This document shows positions 1 through 9,341 of a stretch of DNA of 64,000 bases, one piece after another. Numbering within the stretch: position 1 is the stretch's first letter; every line of letters starts with the position of its first letter. Source of the stretch: Armatimonadota bacterium (GTDB lineage Bacteria; Armatimonadota; UBA5829; DTJY01); the NCBI GenBank assembly GCA_023511795.1, contig JAIMAU010000001.1, forward strand, positions 138,384 through 202,383, in the 5' to 3' direction. The notes beneath the pieces were generated by a model. It worked only from the letters and a program-made list of their open reading frames with translations, did no database searches and was not told the DNA's origin. Position numbers and translations under genes: made by a program.

Positions 1-518
1 TCGGACATGAGACAGATTTTACACTTGCCGATTTCGCCGCTGATTTGCGTGCGCCAACTCCCTCGGCTGCTGCTGAACTTGTTGTGCCTGATAGGGACGA
101 AATATTGTCGAGAATCTTGACGCTTAGTGATGCAATGAAATCTGCTATTACCGCTCAAATAATAAATAAAAAAGCTTGCTTGAACATAATAATGAAATCA
201 CGGGTTTTCGCACATCCCGAGGTATTAGTTCAGGAGCGCTGGCAAGCTTTGGATACGCTAACAATGCGGCTCGCAAATAGCCTCGACCGGCAAATCAGCA
301 ATTGTAGTGCTCGCCTAAGTGAGGTGACGGCAAAACTTCATGCGCTTAGCCCACTTCAGGTGTTATCGAGAGGATATGCGATAGTCAGACATGATGGGCA
401 ACTGGTTAAGAAAATATCAGACGTAGAGGTTGGGGATAGCACGGAAACTCTTATTTCGGATGGGCGGTTGGTTTCAGAGATTAAAGAAATTAAGGAAGGA
501 TGGGGCGAGGATGGCTGA
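1..518 (+). CDS. xseA: Exodeoxyribonuclease VII large subunit, 5'-truncated by window edge
   Basis: Open frame from nt 3 reads [25 protein letters not shown]...[14 protein letters not shown]; followed by xseB. Confidence 0.95.
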   Translation, partial: GHETDFTLADFAADLRAPTPSAAAELVVPDRDEILSRILTLSDAMKSAITAQIINKKACLNIIMKSRVFAHPEVLVQERWQALDTLTMRLANSLDRQISNCSARLSEVTAKLHALSPLQVLSRGYAIVRHDGQLVKKISDVEVGDSTETLISDGRLVSEIKEIKEGWGEDG

Positions 519-741
519 AGGCAACGAGATAAGCTTCGAGGCCGCTATTAAGCGGCTTGAAGAGATAGTTAAGCAGCTGGAGCAAGGAGAACTTCCACTA
601 AGCGAATCGCTTAAGCTGTTTGAAGAGGGAATCAAGCTTGCTCGCGAATGCTCAAGACAGCTTACGGAAGCCCAGGGACGCATTGAAGCACTGGTGAAGA
701 AATCCGAGGGCACAATGGTTGAAGAGCCCTTCAATGTCTAG
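511..741 (+). CDS. xseB: Exodeoxyribonuclease VII small subunit
   Basis: [39 protein letters not shown] at 511 overlaps the xseA end. Confidence 0.95.
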   Translation: MAEGNEISFEAAIKRLEEIVKQLEQGELPLSESLKLFEEGIKLARECSRQLTEAQGRIEALVKKSEGTMVEEPFNV

Positions 742-856
742 AGACAGGAATTTTATTCTTGCCTGATTATTTAAAGGTTTGGTATATTTTAATTGCCTTA
801 CGCCACTTTGGTAAGTAGCTAGTCAAAGCTCCTTGTAGTTTTGGAATGGTATATTC

Positions 857-1036
857 ATGACAAGCATGCGTTGGTTCTATATAGTCCTAATCTCGGCTGC
901 CGGTGCAGTTACAATACTAAGCCTCCAGAGGTTGTTCAATTGGCCTAGAACAATCTACTTTGAGGCCATTGTAGCTGTTGCCATTGCTACTACTATCATC
1001 TCCTTGTTTGGATTTATCTCAAAGCTTCGTGAATAG
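857..1036 (+). CDS. Small 59-aa two-TM membrane protein (below ORF-track cutoff)
   Basis: Manual translation MTSMRWFYIVLISAAGAVTILSLQRLFNWPRTIYFEAIVAVAIATTIISLFGFISKLRE*; fills the intergenic gap and is followed by a hairpin. Confidence 0.55.
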   Translation: MTSMRWFYIVLISAAGAVTILSLQRLFNWPRTIYFEAIVAVAIATTIISLFGFISKLRE

Positions 1037-1063
1037 GGGAGGTTTTGGGCTCTTCTCCCCTTT
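1035..1063 (+). terminator. Putative intrinsic terminator
   Basis: AGGGGAG...CTCCCCT stem followed by a short T run. Confidence 0.45.
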
Positions 1064-1162
1064 GGAACTTCAATCTCTCTTCTAAAAAACTGCAAAACGC
1101 TTGCAAATCGCTTTGGCGGCAGTTATCATGTATACGATTACAGCTCTTTAGGAGGTTCCCAA

Positions 1163-1972
1163 ATGGCCACACCAAGCGTCTGTATAGAGAAGTTACTAAC
1201 CGAATTCCCTTTTTTGGAAAGAATAAACCAGGCTGCAAAGCTCGGATATCCCGCAGTAGAGTTTTGGTTTGCTGGGCAGAACAACGATAACAAAGCGGCT
1301 GAGGAGAAGGCATTTGGGGATATTGCTAATGCATGTGCAAAGGTTGGCGTTTCGGTTGCAGCTTTCGTAATCAATTCCCCGGATGGAAGCATCGGAGGAA
1401 GCCTGATAAACCCTGAAGAACGCGGTGTGTATCTTAAGCGTTTGGAGCGAGTGGTCGAACTTGCAAACATTGTAAATTGCCGAATGATAATCACATGCGC
1501 CGGCAATTGCCAGCCAGGAAAATCAAAAGAGGAGCAAGTACAAAGTATTATTGATGCGCTCAAAGAGGCGGCGCCCATTGCTGAGAATGGAGGCATTACT
1601 CTTTTACTTGAACCTCTGAACTCATTAGTAAACCATCCCGGATATTTCTTGGACTCGAGCGCCATTGGAGCAGAGATTGTCAAAGCGGTTGGCAGTCCAA
1701 ATGTGAAGCTCCTCTACGATATCTACCACATGCAAATCATGGAAGGAAACATAATTTCTACAATTCGCAAGTATATTGATATCATTGGTCACTTTCACTC
1801 AGCAGGCGTTCCTGGCAGGCACGAGCTTACCTCTGGTGAGCTGAACTATCATGACATAATCGCTGAAATTGATTCGTTGGGATACACAGGCTACTTCGGC
1901 CTCGAATATTCGCCTTTGCTAGAATCGGTGCAATCTCTTGGATTACTGCGAGAAAGCCTGATGTTGTGGTAG
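1163..1972 (+). CDS. Hydroxypyruvate isomerase-like TIM-barrel protein (AP endonuclease 2 / xylose isomerase-like)
   Basis: LLLEPLN, LLYDIYHMQIMEGN, HFHSAGVPGRHE, GYFGLEY motifs of the Hyi family. Confidence 0.88.
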   Translation: MATPSVCIEKLLTEFPFLERINQAAKLGYPAVEFWFAGQNNDNKAAEEKAFGDIANACAKVGVSVAAFVINSPDGSIGGSLINPEERGVYLKRLERVVELANIVNCRMIITCAGNCQPGKSKEEQVQSIIDALKEAAPIAENGGITLLLEPLNSLVNHPGYFLDSSAIGAEIVKAVGSPNVKLLYDIYHMQIMEGNIISTIRKYIDIIGHFHSAGVPGRHELTSGELNYHDIIAEIDSLGYTGYFGLEYSPLLESVQSLGLLRESLMLW

Positions 1973-2101
1973 GAACTTGTTCTACAAAGAGGTGACTGGC
2001 ATTGAGTGTTAAATGAAAGTATATAGTCGACCATAACTTCCTGGAGGAAAGTTAAAAAGTTTTCAATTCCTTTCAGTAGAGCTATCGCAGAAGGATTATC
2101 C

Positions 2102-4294
2102 ATGAGACAAATAGCGGTCTTTTTACTCCTAGTCTTCCTATTTGCCGAAGGCATTCCATCACGTGGAGCAGTAAGTAAAGAAGTTGTTGTTCCACGCATG
2201 AAATCTCAAATAAAAATTGATGGACGACTTAGCGAGCCAGCTTGGACACGGGCGGGGCAGATTTCTTCATTTAAGCATTACTTAGGGGAGGGAGATATTA
2301 AGAATCAAACCGAGGCCCGACTCCTTTTTGACGATAAAGCGCTTTATATTGCCTTCACGTGCAACGAAACAAGTATGAAAGCATTGAAAGCATTGGTGAA
2401 AGAGCACGATGGAGACTTATGGAACGACGATTGCGTTGAGGTGTTCCTTGATATAAAAGGCGACCGGCTGAGTTATTTCCATTTCATTCTCAATGTATGC
2501 GGTACCAAATATGATGCGATTGGAAACGATCCGCATATTTGGAATCCCCGTTGGGAGGCCGAGGTTTGTTTATTCGACAAGCAATGGAAAGCTGAGATAA
2601 AGATTCCTTTCAGTGAACTAGGATTAAGCATGCCGCCCAAGCCGGGTGCTTTTTGGTATGGAAACTTTTGTCGTGAGGAGCAACCGTCCAAAGAGCTTTC
2701 ATGTTGGTTGCCCACAATGGGAGCGTTCGATGCTCCAGGGTATTTCGGCAAAATTTTGTTTGGCTCTGTTGTGGCAGATGGCATCGAGTTGGCAAAACAA
2801 GAGAAAAGAATCCAATCTAGTAAAACTTGCGAATATCTAGTGTGGGAGACCACCCCGTGGAGGCATTTTTCAGCTAATGAAGACACCTCTAGCGTAGTGA
2901 GAGACACTGCTTCAATTGATGTCTTTGTGCTTGCTGGGCAGACTGAGTCAAAGGCTTTGATGGTAAGCAATATTACCGATGAAACATTGGCGGCACGCCT
3001 TGTCCTTGAAGGCTTCGAAGGCGTGATGGTGGAGATTCTAATTCCTACCTTTGTTAGAACCGCAGATGGCCGTCCTTTTCCCGATGCCCTTGTACCTCCC
3101 GACCCCATTGGACAGATTATCATTCCGCCAGGTGAGACCCGCCAGGTATGGTTGAATATCAAGGGCGTAAAAGATGGGGAATTTGAAGGCAAGCTTATCA
3201 TTAGTCCATTGACAGCTTCAAAGGCGGATAAACAGGTAAAATTCAACATCTGCGTTGTCTCCCCCCAAATTGAGGTGCCGCATCCACTAGCTTTCACCTG
3301 GGATTTTTTGGGCGATGCTGTCCGCCTTGGCCTTGAAAAGGAGTATATCGAGACAATGGTGGACCACGGCATCCGTGTTTTCATGATTTCTGGCCTCCAT
3401 TATATGCCGAGACCAAAGGCGAGTGATAGCGGAGAATTCCTTGAACCAGTGGATTGGGGGAAGTTCCGGCGACAGGTGGAGCTCGTCTGGAAGCCTGGTA
3501 GGAAACTTTATATTAATTTGGATATCTGGGAAAAAGATTCAGAGCGGCTAATGTTCAACGGGCGATTTGGCTCGCCTGGCTGGTGTGTCGCTTTCAAAAA
3601 GATAATTAGCGAGATGATTGCGGAGCTTGCAAAACTAGGGCTCTCGTATGATGACTATGTTGTCAATCCATTGGATGAGTCTATTGACAATCGTTTCGTG
3701 ACAATTGCTCGCTTGGTTAAGGAAGTTGATCCCAAAGTTCAAATTGTCGAAGACACAGCTGGTTCAAATCTGGCAGAGGTTAAAGTGGCAGATAAGTACG
3801 TAGATTGGTGGATTCCTCACTTTAAGTCGTTAAACTCGGCCTCAGCCAAAGAACAGATAGGCTATATAAAAGCGACCGGCGAGCCGGTAGGGTTCTATTT
3901 TTATAGTGAGGGAGCTAACGAAAAAGCCCAGGATTCATACAGCCATTACCTTTGGAAATTCTGGTGGGCTTACTCGCAGGGGCTAAATGGGATATTCGGC
4001 TACTGGACTGCAACTCAGCACTACGGCGATCCGTGGAACCGGCACCAAACTGAAGCTGCCTATGACCCATCGCTCTTCTATTATGGAAATGGTTGCGTAA
4101 TAACCGGGCGGCGCTGGGAAGCCTGGCGGCGAGGCATCGAAGACTATGCGCTTCTTGAGTTATGTCAAAAAGCTGGGGTGGATAAGACAGTAATCTCTAG
4201 CATGGTGAAATCCGTCCTCAATGCTCCAGACGACTCAACTGTTGCTGATCGTGCGAGGCAGAGTTTAGTTAGATTGCTTGCTTCTAAATACTGA
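2102..4294 (+). CDS. Secreted putative glycoside hydrolase: CBM9-like N-terminal domain plus DUF4091/GH123-like C-terminal region
   Basis: Signal peptide; IDGRLSEPAW...DDCVEVFLD...WKAEIKIPF (CBM9-like); PLDES acidic pair; RRWEAWRRGIEDY (DUF4091-like). Confidence 0.7.
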   Translation: MRQIAVFLLLVFLFAEGIPSRGAVSKEVVVPRMKSQIKIDGRLSEPAWTRAGQISSFKHYLGEGDIKNQTEARLLFDDKALYIAFTCNETSMKALKALVKEHDGDLWNDDCVEVFLDIKGDRLSYFHFILNVCGTKYDAIGNDPHIWNPRWEAEVCLFDKQWKAEIKIPFSELGLSMPPKPGAFWYGNFCREEQPSKELSCWLPTMGAFDAPGYFGKILFGSVVADGIELAKQEKRIQSSKTCEYLVWETTPWRHFSANEDTSSVVRDTASIDVFVLAGQTESKALMVSNITDETLAARLVLEGFEGVMVEILIPTFVRTADGRPFPDALVPPDPIGQIIIPPGETRQVWLNIKGVKDGEFEGKLIISPLTASKADKQVKFNICVVSPQIEVPHPLAFTWDFLGDAVRLGLEKEYIETMVDHGIRVFMISGLHYMPRPKASDSGEFLEPVDWGKFRRQVELVWKPGRKLYINLDIWEKDSERLMFNGRFGSPGWCVAFKKIISEMIAELAKLGLSYDDYVVNPLDESIDNRFVTIARLVKEVDPKVQIVEDTAGSNLAEVKVADKYVDWWIPHFKSLNSASAKEQIGYIKATGEPVGFYFYSEGANEKAQDSYSHYLWKFWWAYSQGLNGIFGYWTATQHYGDPWNRHQTEAAYDPSLFYYGNGCVITGRRWEAWRRGIEDYALLELCQKAGVDKTVISSMVKSVLNAPDDSTVADRARQSLVRLLASKY

Positions 4295-4454
4295 CCGGAC
4301 GCGGATGCATTTTTGCTATTAATAATTGCAGGTTCTTAGCTCCATATTCCTTGCCAAAGCAGATTTTGAAAGGCTAAAACTGAGCATTTTTCAATACCAG
4401 CGCGTTAAAAAATCATTGACCAATGTAGTAGTGCTCACTTAGAGGCAGCTTAGG

Positions 4455-5522
4455 TTATGGATTAATAATTACCTTTATCGCCCCAGATTCTTCTTTTTTA
4501 TCGGCAATCTTGAATGCCTCGTCTGCCCGCCCGATTGGAAAACGATGTGTAATGAGCGGTTTTGTTTGAATGCGTCCACTATAGAGAAGCTCAAGGGCTA
4601 TTGGCCACTCTTCATATTTGAAGTTTGCAGAAGTCATAATCATCCTTTGGCCCGCGGTGAATAGACGGTTGAAATTCTCATCTCGGTCATGAACGGCCAG
4701 CTCTATCATTCGCCCACCACGTGCAAGAATTGGAAGCATCTCATCCAGAGGACGCCCTACTGTATCTATAATTATGCGCACTCCAATCCCTTCGGTGTTG
4801 TGCATGACTACATCATGTAAGCCTTGGGTTCGCACATTAATGGCTTCGTCGGCACCGAGCATTTTGCCAAGTTCAAGATGCCGGGCGTCGATATCGGCGC
4901 ATATGATTTCTGTCGCGCCATAAGCCCTTAGCACCTGAATTGCTAGAAGGCCGATTACTCCTGTGCCCATTACAAGGCAAGTTTCTGCGGCAATTGGTTT
5001 TGCAAGTTCAACTGCATGAACGGCAACCCCTAGGGCGTCTGATAAAGTTGCCTCGCTGTTGGAGATGCGGTTTGGTAGGGGGAAGACATGGGTCGCCCAG
5101 ACAGGAACATATTCCGCCATACCACCGTAGTAGTAGTTCATATCGCCCCAACCAGCGCCATGACCAAGATGCTTTGTGTTGGGGCAAAGCTCACGCTCCC
5201 CTCTGCGACACCACCAGCAAGTTTCGCACGCCTTAAAGCACAAAACAGCAACGTTTTTGCCAATTAGGGACCTGTCGGCGTTTTCTCCAACTTCTTCGAC
5301 AACGCCAGAAACCTCGTGGCCAGGGACGATGTTGGGCGGGTTGGCCCTAATTTCGCCAAGAGTGTGCTGCGACCATGGATTCTCACCGTGGAAGTAGCGG
5401 ATATCGCTTCCGCATATTCCACAGTCAGTTACTCGCACCAATACCTCATCTCTGCCAGGCACTGGTTTAGGAACGTCCTCAACCACAAGGCGTTCCTTCT
5501 CTTTTAGCACAACTGCCTTCAT
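4455..5522 (-). CDS. Zn-dependent medium-chain (sugar/polyol) dehydrogenase
   Basis: CGICGSD, PGHE, CETCWWC...C structural Zn site, GTGVIG. Confidence 0.9.
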   Translation of the reverse strand: MKAVVLKEKERLVVEDVPKPVPGRDEVLVRVTDCGICGSDIRYFHGENPWSQHTLGEIRANPPNIVPGHEVSGVVEEVGENADRSLIGKNVAVLCFKACETCWWCRRGERELCPNTKHLGHGAGWGDMNYYYGGMAEYVPVWATHVFPLPNRISNSEATLSDALGVAVHAVELAKPIAAETCLVMGTGVIGLLAIQVLRAYGATEIICADIDARHLELGKMLGADEAINVRTQGLHDVVMHNTEGIGVRIIIDTVGRPLDEMLPILARGGRMIELAVHDRDENFNRLFTAGQRMIMTSANFKYEEWPIALELLYSGRIQTKPLITHRFPIGRADEAFKIADKKEESGAIKVIINP

Positions 5523-5676
5523 CCAATTATTCCTCCTTAAAATTGCTTGGTGCAGTCTGTGTACCCTACAACCATTTCGCCGGAGATACTTTTATAACCT
5601 TTTGTTTTGGAGGAAAGGGAAAATTTGAAGCTTTTTAGGCGAAATAATGGTTTCTGTGATTAAATATTTCCTGAAG

Positions 5677-5706
5677 TTGACACTTTGAACCATTGCTGAG
5701 TATACT
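5677..5706 (+). promoter_or_regulatory. Sigma70-type promoter of the transaldolase-like gene
   Basis: TTGACA-N18-TATACT. Confidence 0.55.
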
Positions 5707-5805
5707 TTTAAGGGCGGCAGACCTAGAAACCGTGTGGTGAAGGTGTTGCCGCTCAAACTTATCCATTTTTCCAACGAACCAAGATTGCTTTAGGAGGAAC
5801 TCTTT

Positions 5806-7869
5806 ATGCCCATTCAAGACTCAGGGTTGGTAGGTAAGAAAGGTGGAACTTGTTGTTCATGTTGTGGAGGCGGCTCACTCGATGAAGCATCGCAGGTGAT
5901 AGTCGACCTGATTCTCGAGCGAGACCCGCGGGTTAAGCCAATGATGCCAGGTTGGGCGGTAGAAGTCGCTCGCCAAAAACTCCTTTTCTTCACAAAACCA
6001 TGTGACTTCCCATCTCGACTTGCCTCCATTGCGCTGGCATTGGATGAGGCATTTCCTTGTGGAAACCTTGAAACTCGGGCAAACTCAATTGCTTTTCTTC
6101 TTGGAGTTGCTGATTCCCTTAATTCAATTGTTGAGCTACACCACAATCTGCAGAACCCCAACCTGCATGGCACAGAAATACTCCCTGAGTCTACTGTTGC
6201 AACTTGTTACAGTGCGTCGGCAAGACTGCTTGAGGATTGGGAACAGGCAGATAGTAACGCAGCAAAAGCGGTGCTTGATTACTTTAAAACCGAGGACTTG
6301 GCTGTCAATAAAGGGGACAATCTATTCATAGCGTGGGCCAAGGATTGGGAAAAGCGAACGGGCATAGATCCGTATTCGTCGACAGGAGAGTTTCTCAAAT
6401 GCTTTAAAGAGTTGTACCAACCTTCGACCTATTATGTCAAACTTTTCTTAGCATGGGAGAACGGCGAAACAAAGACTCAGTTCTTCAACGATTATGGGCT
6501 GCATGCCGCACGATGCAGAAAAATCGGAAGCCTTGGTGGAACAACTAACCCGGCGATTGCTGTAATGGGCGAAGATGATCTTGACGGCAAAGGGAACATA
6601 TGGGGTGAGGAAGCGACAAAGTTTATAACGCGCACCCCAAATAAATGGCGGGAAGTTCGGAAAGTCATAGCCCGCGAGCAAATTGCGAAAAAAGAGGCTG
6701 ATGACTGGGGCGCAACTGCTTTCACCGAGTGGGTTGTTGTTGATGCAATGCTTGGGCTTAGGTCAATCTTCCTATTGAAGAACCTAGGCCGTGTTGCATT
6801 TCAGCTTAGGCCTGATTGGCATTGTGAAGAAAAGAAGCTTGCTTATGCCGGTGGCGAGATATACGCCAGGCTTGGAGAGCGGATGAAAGTATTCGATGAT
6901 ATCCTTTTGGCAGGTGCAGGAGAACCATATGAAAGCATTGTTGCGCCAAGAGTAGGCAAGCCTAACAACCATTTCAAGATATCTTGTACATCGCAAGTGG
7001 CGCTAAATATCGTTCGCGCTTTCAATGCCGGATTCCACCCAGAGTATCCAGACGCCATCAAAGAGCGAATGTTTACCAATATGACCCTATCTTATGATGT
7101 ATCACAGATGGTTGCCTCCAGCTTGGCGGTGGAGGAGGGACTAGCAGAATACGAGCGGAGAACTGGCGAGAAGGTTGATGATGGGCAAGGTGGGTCGGTT
7201 GTCACAAGCATGATTGGCCGATTCAACGATGCTATTAGATGTTATCGAGTCGAAAAGTTGCTCGCAGCTCTTCCGAATGATTCGAAGTTTAAAGTGGAGA
7301 TAAAACCTACAGCTGTTAAAGCCTTGACCGACGCTCCATTGAACACAGAAGAGTTTAAAGCCGAGCTTGCCAAAGCTGGCATTGAGTTTGAGCCCGAGGC
7401 CGAAGAGGATGCAATTGATCATGCAGGGACGCTTGCGACAAAGCGTGCAGTCATCCACTTGGAGAACAAGTACGGCTTGAAGCGCACGCGATTATTGACA
7501 GCCTCGAAGCGGAAATTTCACCAAAATACTGACCTCTTGGATGTTCCGTTCTCGACCGATTTTGGTAATATCCAGCGGATGTGGCTTGATATTCAGAAGT
7601 CAGGAGGCTTAGAGATAACCTCTTGGAAGACGCTTTACGAAGGAATGAATCCAGATGGAACGCCAGCTGCCGGCTCGATTTGGGAGAAGCGGTCGCACGT
7701 GCTTGCGAGAATCTGGCCTGACTGGGTTAAGGCGTTTGACCCAGAGGGGGTTGCGCCAGAGGATTACATTAATACTTGCTATGTTCCGCCAACCCTCGAG
7801 CAGTTCACAAATTTTTGGTTTGAGAATATAGCCCGAGCAAAAGCTGCGCGAGAGGAAGTTGAGAAGTAA
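5806..7869 (+). CDS. Large atypical transaldolase-family protein
   Basis: FFND, GGTTNPAIA, HFKISCT (Schiff-base Lys), TNMTLSY, SMIGRFND, LLTASKR in the correct order; RBS AGGAGG. Confidence 0.75.
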   Translation: MPIQDSGLVGKKGGTCCSCCGGGSLDEASQVIVDLILERDPRVKPMMPGWAVEVARQKLLFFTKPCDFPSRLASIALALDEAFPCGNLETRANSIAFLLGVADSLNSIVELHHNLQNPNLHGTEILPESTVATCYSASARLLEDWEQADSNAAKAVLDYFKTEDLAVNKGDNLFIAWAKDWEKRTGIDPYSSTGEFLKCFKELYQPSTYYVKLFLAWENGETKTQFFNDYGLHAARCRKIGSLGGTTNPAIAVMGEDDLDGKGNIWGEEATKFITRTPNKWREVRKVIAREQIAKKEADDWGATAFTEWVVVDAMLGLRSIFLLKNLGRVAFQLRPDWHCEEKKLAYAGGEIYARLGERMKVFDDILLAGAGEPYESIVAPRVGKPNNHFKISCTSQVALNIVRAFNAGFHPEYPDAIKERMFTNMTLSYDVSQMVASSLAVEEGLAEYERRTGEKVDDGQGGSVVTSMIGRFNDAIRCYRVEKLLAALPNDSKFKVEIKPTAVKALTDAPLNTEEFKAELAKAGIEFEPEAEEDAIDHAGTLATKRAVIHLENKYGLKRTRLLTASKRKFHQNTDLLDVPFSTDFGNIQRMWLDIQKSGGLEITSWKTLYEGMNPDGTPAAGSIWEKRSHVLARIWPDWVKAFDPEGVAPEDYINTCYVPPTLEQFTNFWFENIARAKAAREEVEK

Positions 7870-7883
7870 TCCAAGAGTGAGCG

Positions 7884-9245
7884 TCAGGACTCTGAAACCT
7901 TTATTTTCAGTGTCTTCAGATGTCTTTCTATATGTTCGGCTACTTCTGAGTAGTGTTTTTCTTCATGCGTAAAAAGCGTTTTGTATATTTCTTCTCGCTT
8001 TTGGTCTAATAATGCTCCATAGGAGATATGAAAAAGCTGACGGACGTCTGGCTGCTGCAAAAACGTTCGGATATCATTAGGTAATTCTTTGGGAAAATAC
8101 TTCAGCTCAACAGAAACTTGATATGCTTTCTTGCTTTCCTCTAGGTTTTCTAAACACAACATATAAAGCTCCCGGAAGAGCGGCAAATTTACCTCAGAGA
8201 TTACCTTCACCGCTTGTAGCCAGCTGGTTCCAGATGTCTTTATGTGGAAAGCCCCATCTGTGGTTTCGCTGAGGAGTGGATAAACACTAAACTTATCGCT
8301 TCCAGAGTGTAGGCTTAGACGGTACCCCCCGAGGGAGCGGCAGAGGGTTGCGTGTATGTGTAGTGAGGTAGCGAGCTCTGCTAGGTCTCCCCCGAAATCC
8401 ACACCTTTCTGAAAACGCCCTGGAAATTTGGGCGCGAGACTAGTGAACTCGACGCCGCTTAGATGTAAAAATTCAGCCACGAAGTAGTGGTCCTCTGGCG
8501 TAGTGTCTCTTGGGCATTCATCAATTGAAATTTCAAGGTCGAAATTTGCGATGTTTTTCTTGATGATTCTATGAAAATGTTTTACAAGGTTAAGAGCATG
8601 CTCGTAAATTAAAGCAGAATCTATAAGGCGTTCATTATCAATTTTGTATGCCGTGCAGATGGGCGGTAGATTAAAGGAGTTTGCAACAATCTTTCGACTC
8701 AAAGGTGAAAGTTCGGCGGGTGTTCGTCTAGGTGGATAATCTAGCCAATCGCTGATATCCAGTGTATACATGCTGTAACCTGCATCTATTGCTTCTAAAA
8801 GCTGTTGTTCGTCTTTTATATGGTCTGCATCTGCTCCCCATTTGCCTGTGTAACCCGATTCCAGCACGCCGAGGACTGCTTTGAGTAAAACATCCTTAAA
8901 GTTGCGGCTAGTTTTGGCAAGTTCCCGTGGTGATTGCTGAGCAATAACGGGGAAAACATCATATTTAGAAAGTACGCTCAAGTGGGTGGCTGAAACCATG
9001 CCGAGTCGGTCGCCTGTTCCGAAGGATGTTTTCTTTTCACACGGTGTTGGGGCGAGCGGCAACATTGATCTCAATTTCTTGTAATTTTCCCATGAAAGTG
9101 GAAGTATTTGAAAGTCATTTCCTTTGGTGATGCCAACTAATTTTTCGTTTTCTCGGCGTGCTACGAAAATTTCATTGCCACTGTCAAGACGTCTGATTGA
9201 CTTCGGGTAGATAAACAGGCCTTTTGCCCTCAAAAAATCTGCCAC
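7884..9245 (-). CDS. uxaE: Tagaturonate/fructuronate epimerase
   Basis: FGTGDRLG, AQQSPRE, ADADHIK, SLHSGSDKF, HIKTSGTSWL; GTG start with AGGAGG. Confidence 0.88.
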   Translation of the reverse strand: MADFLRAKGLFIYPKSIRRLDSGNEIFVARRENEKLVGITKGNDFQILPLSWENYKKLRSMLPLAPTPCEKKTSFGTGDRLGMVSATHLSVLSKYDVFPVIAQQSPRELAKTSRNFKDVLLKAVLGVLESGYTGKWGADADHIKDEQQLLEAIDAGYSMYTLDISDWLDYPPRRTPAELSPLSRKIVANSFNLPPICTAYKIDNERLIDSALIYEHALNLVKHFHRIIKKNIANFDLEISIDECPRDTTPEDHYFVAEFLHLSGVEFTSLAPKFPGRFQKGVDFGGDLAELATSLHIHATLCRSLGGYRLSLHSGSDKFSVYPLLSETTDGAFHIKTSGTSWLQAVKVISEVNLPLFRELYMLCLENLEESKKAYQVSVELKYFPKELPNDIRTFLQQPDVRQLFHISYGALLDQKREEIYKTLFTHEEKHYSEVAEHIERHLKTLKIKVSES

Positions 9246-9341
9246 TTTTTAGCCTCCTAACTACTTAAGTATAGCACGCTGGTAGCATCGCATGAAAGGA
9301 TACCATCCGCTAATGTATAATCTACAATTGGAGGTTTGCCA

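Noticed and set aside
2473..3384. 303-aa antisense ORF, representative of many shadow ORFs in the track (e.g. 22826-23410, 23483-24082, 52372-52890)
   Set aside because: Each overlaps a well-supported gene on the opposite strand, is Ser/Pro-rich and has no recognisable motifs
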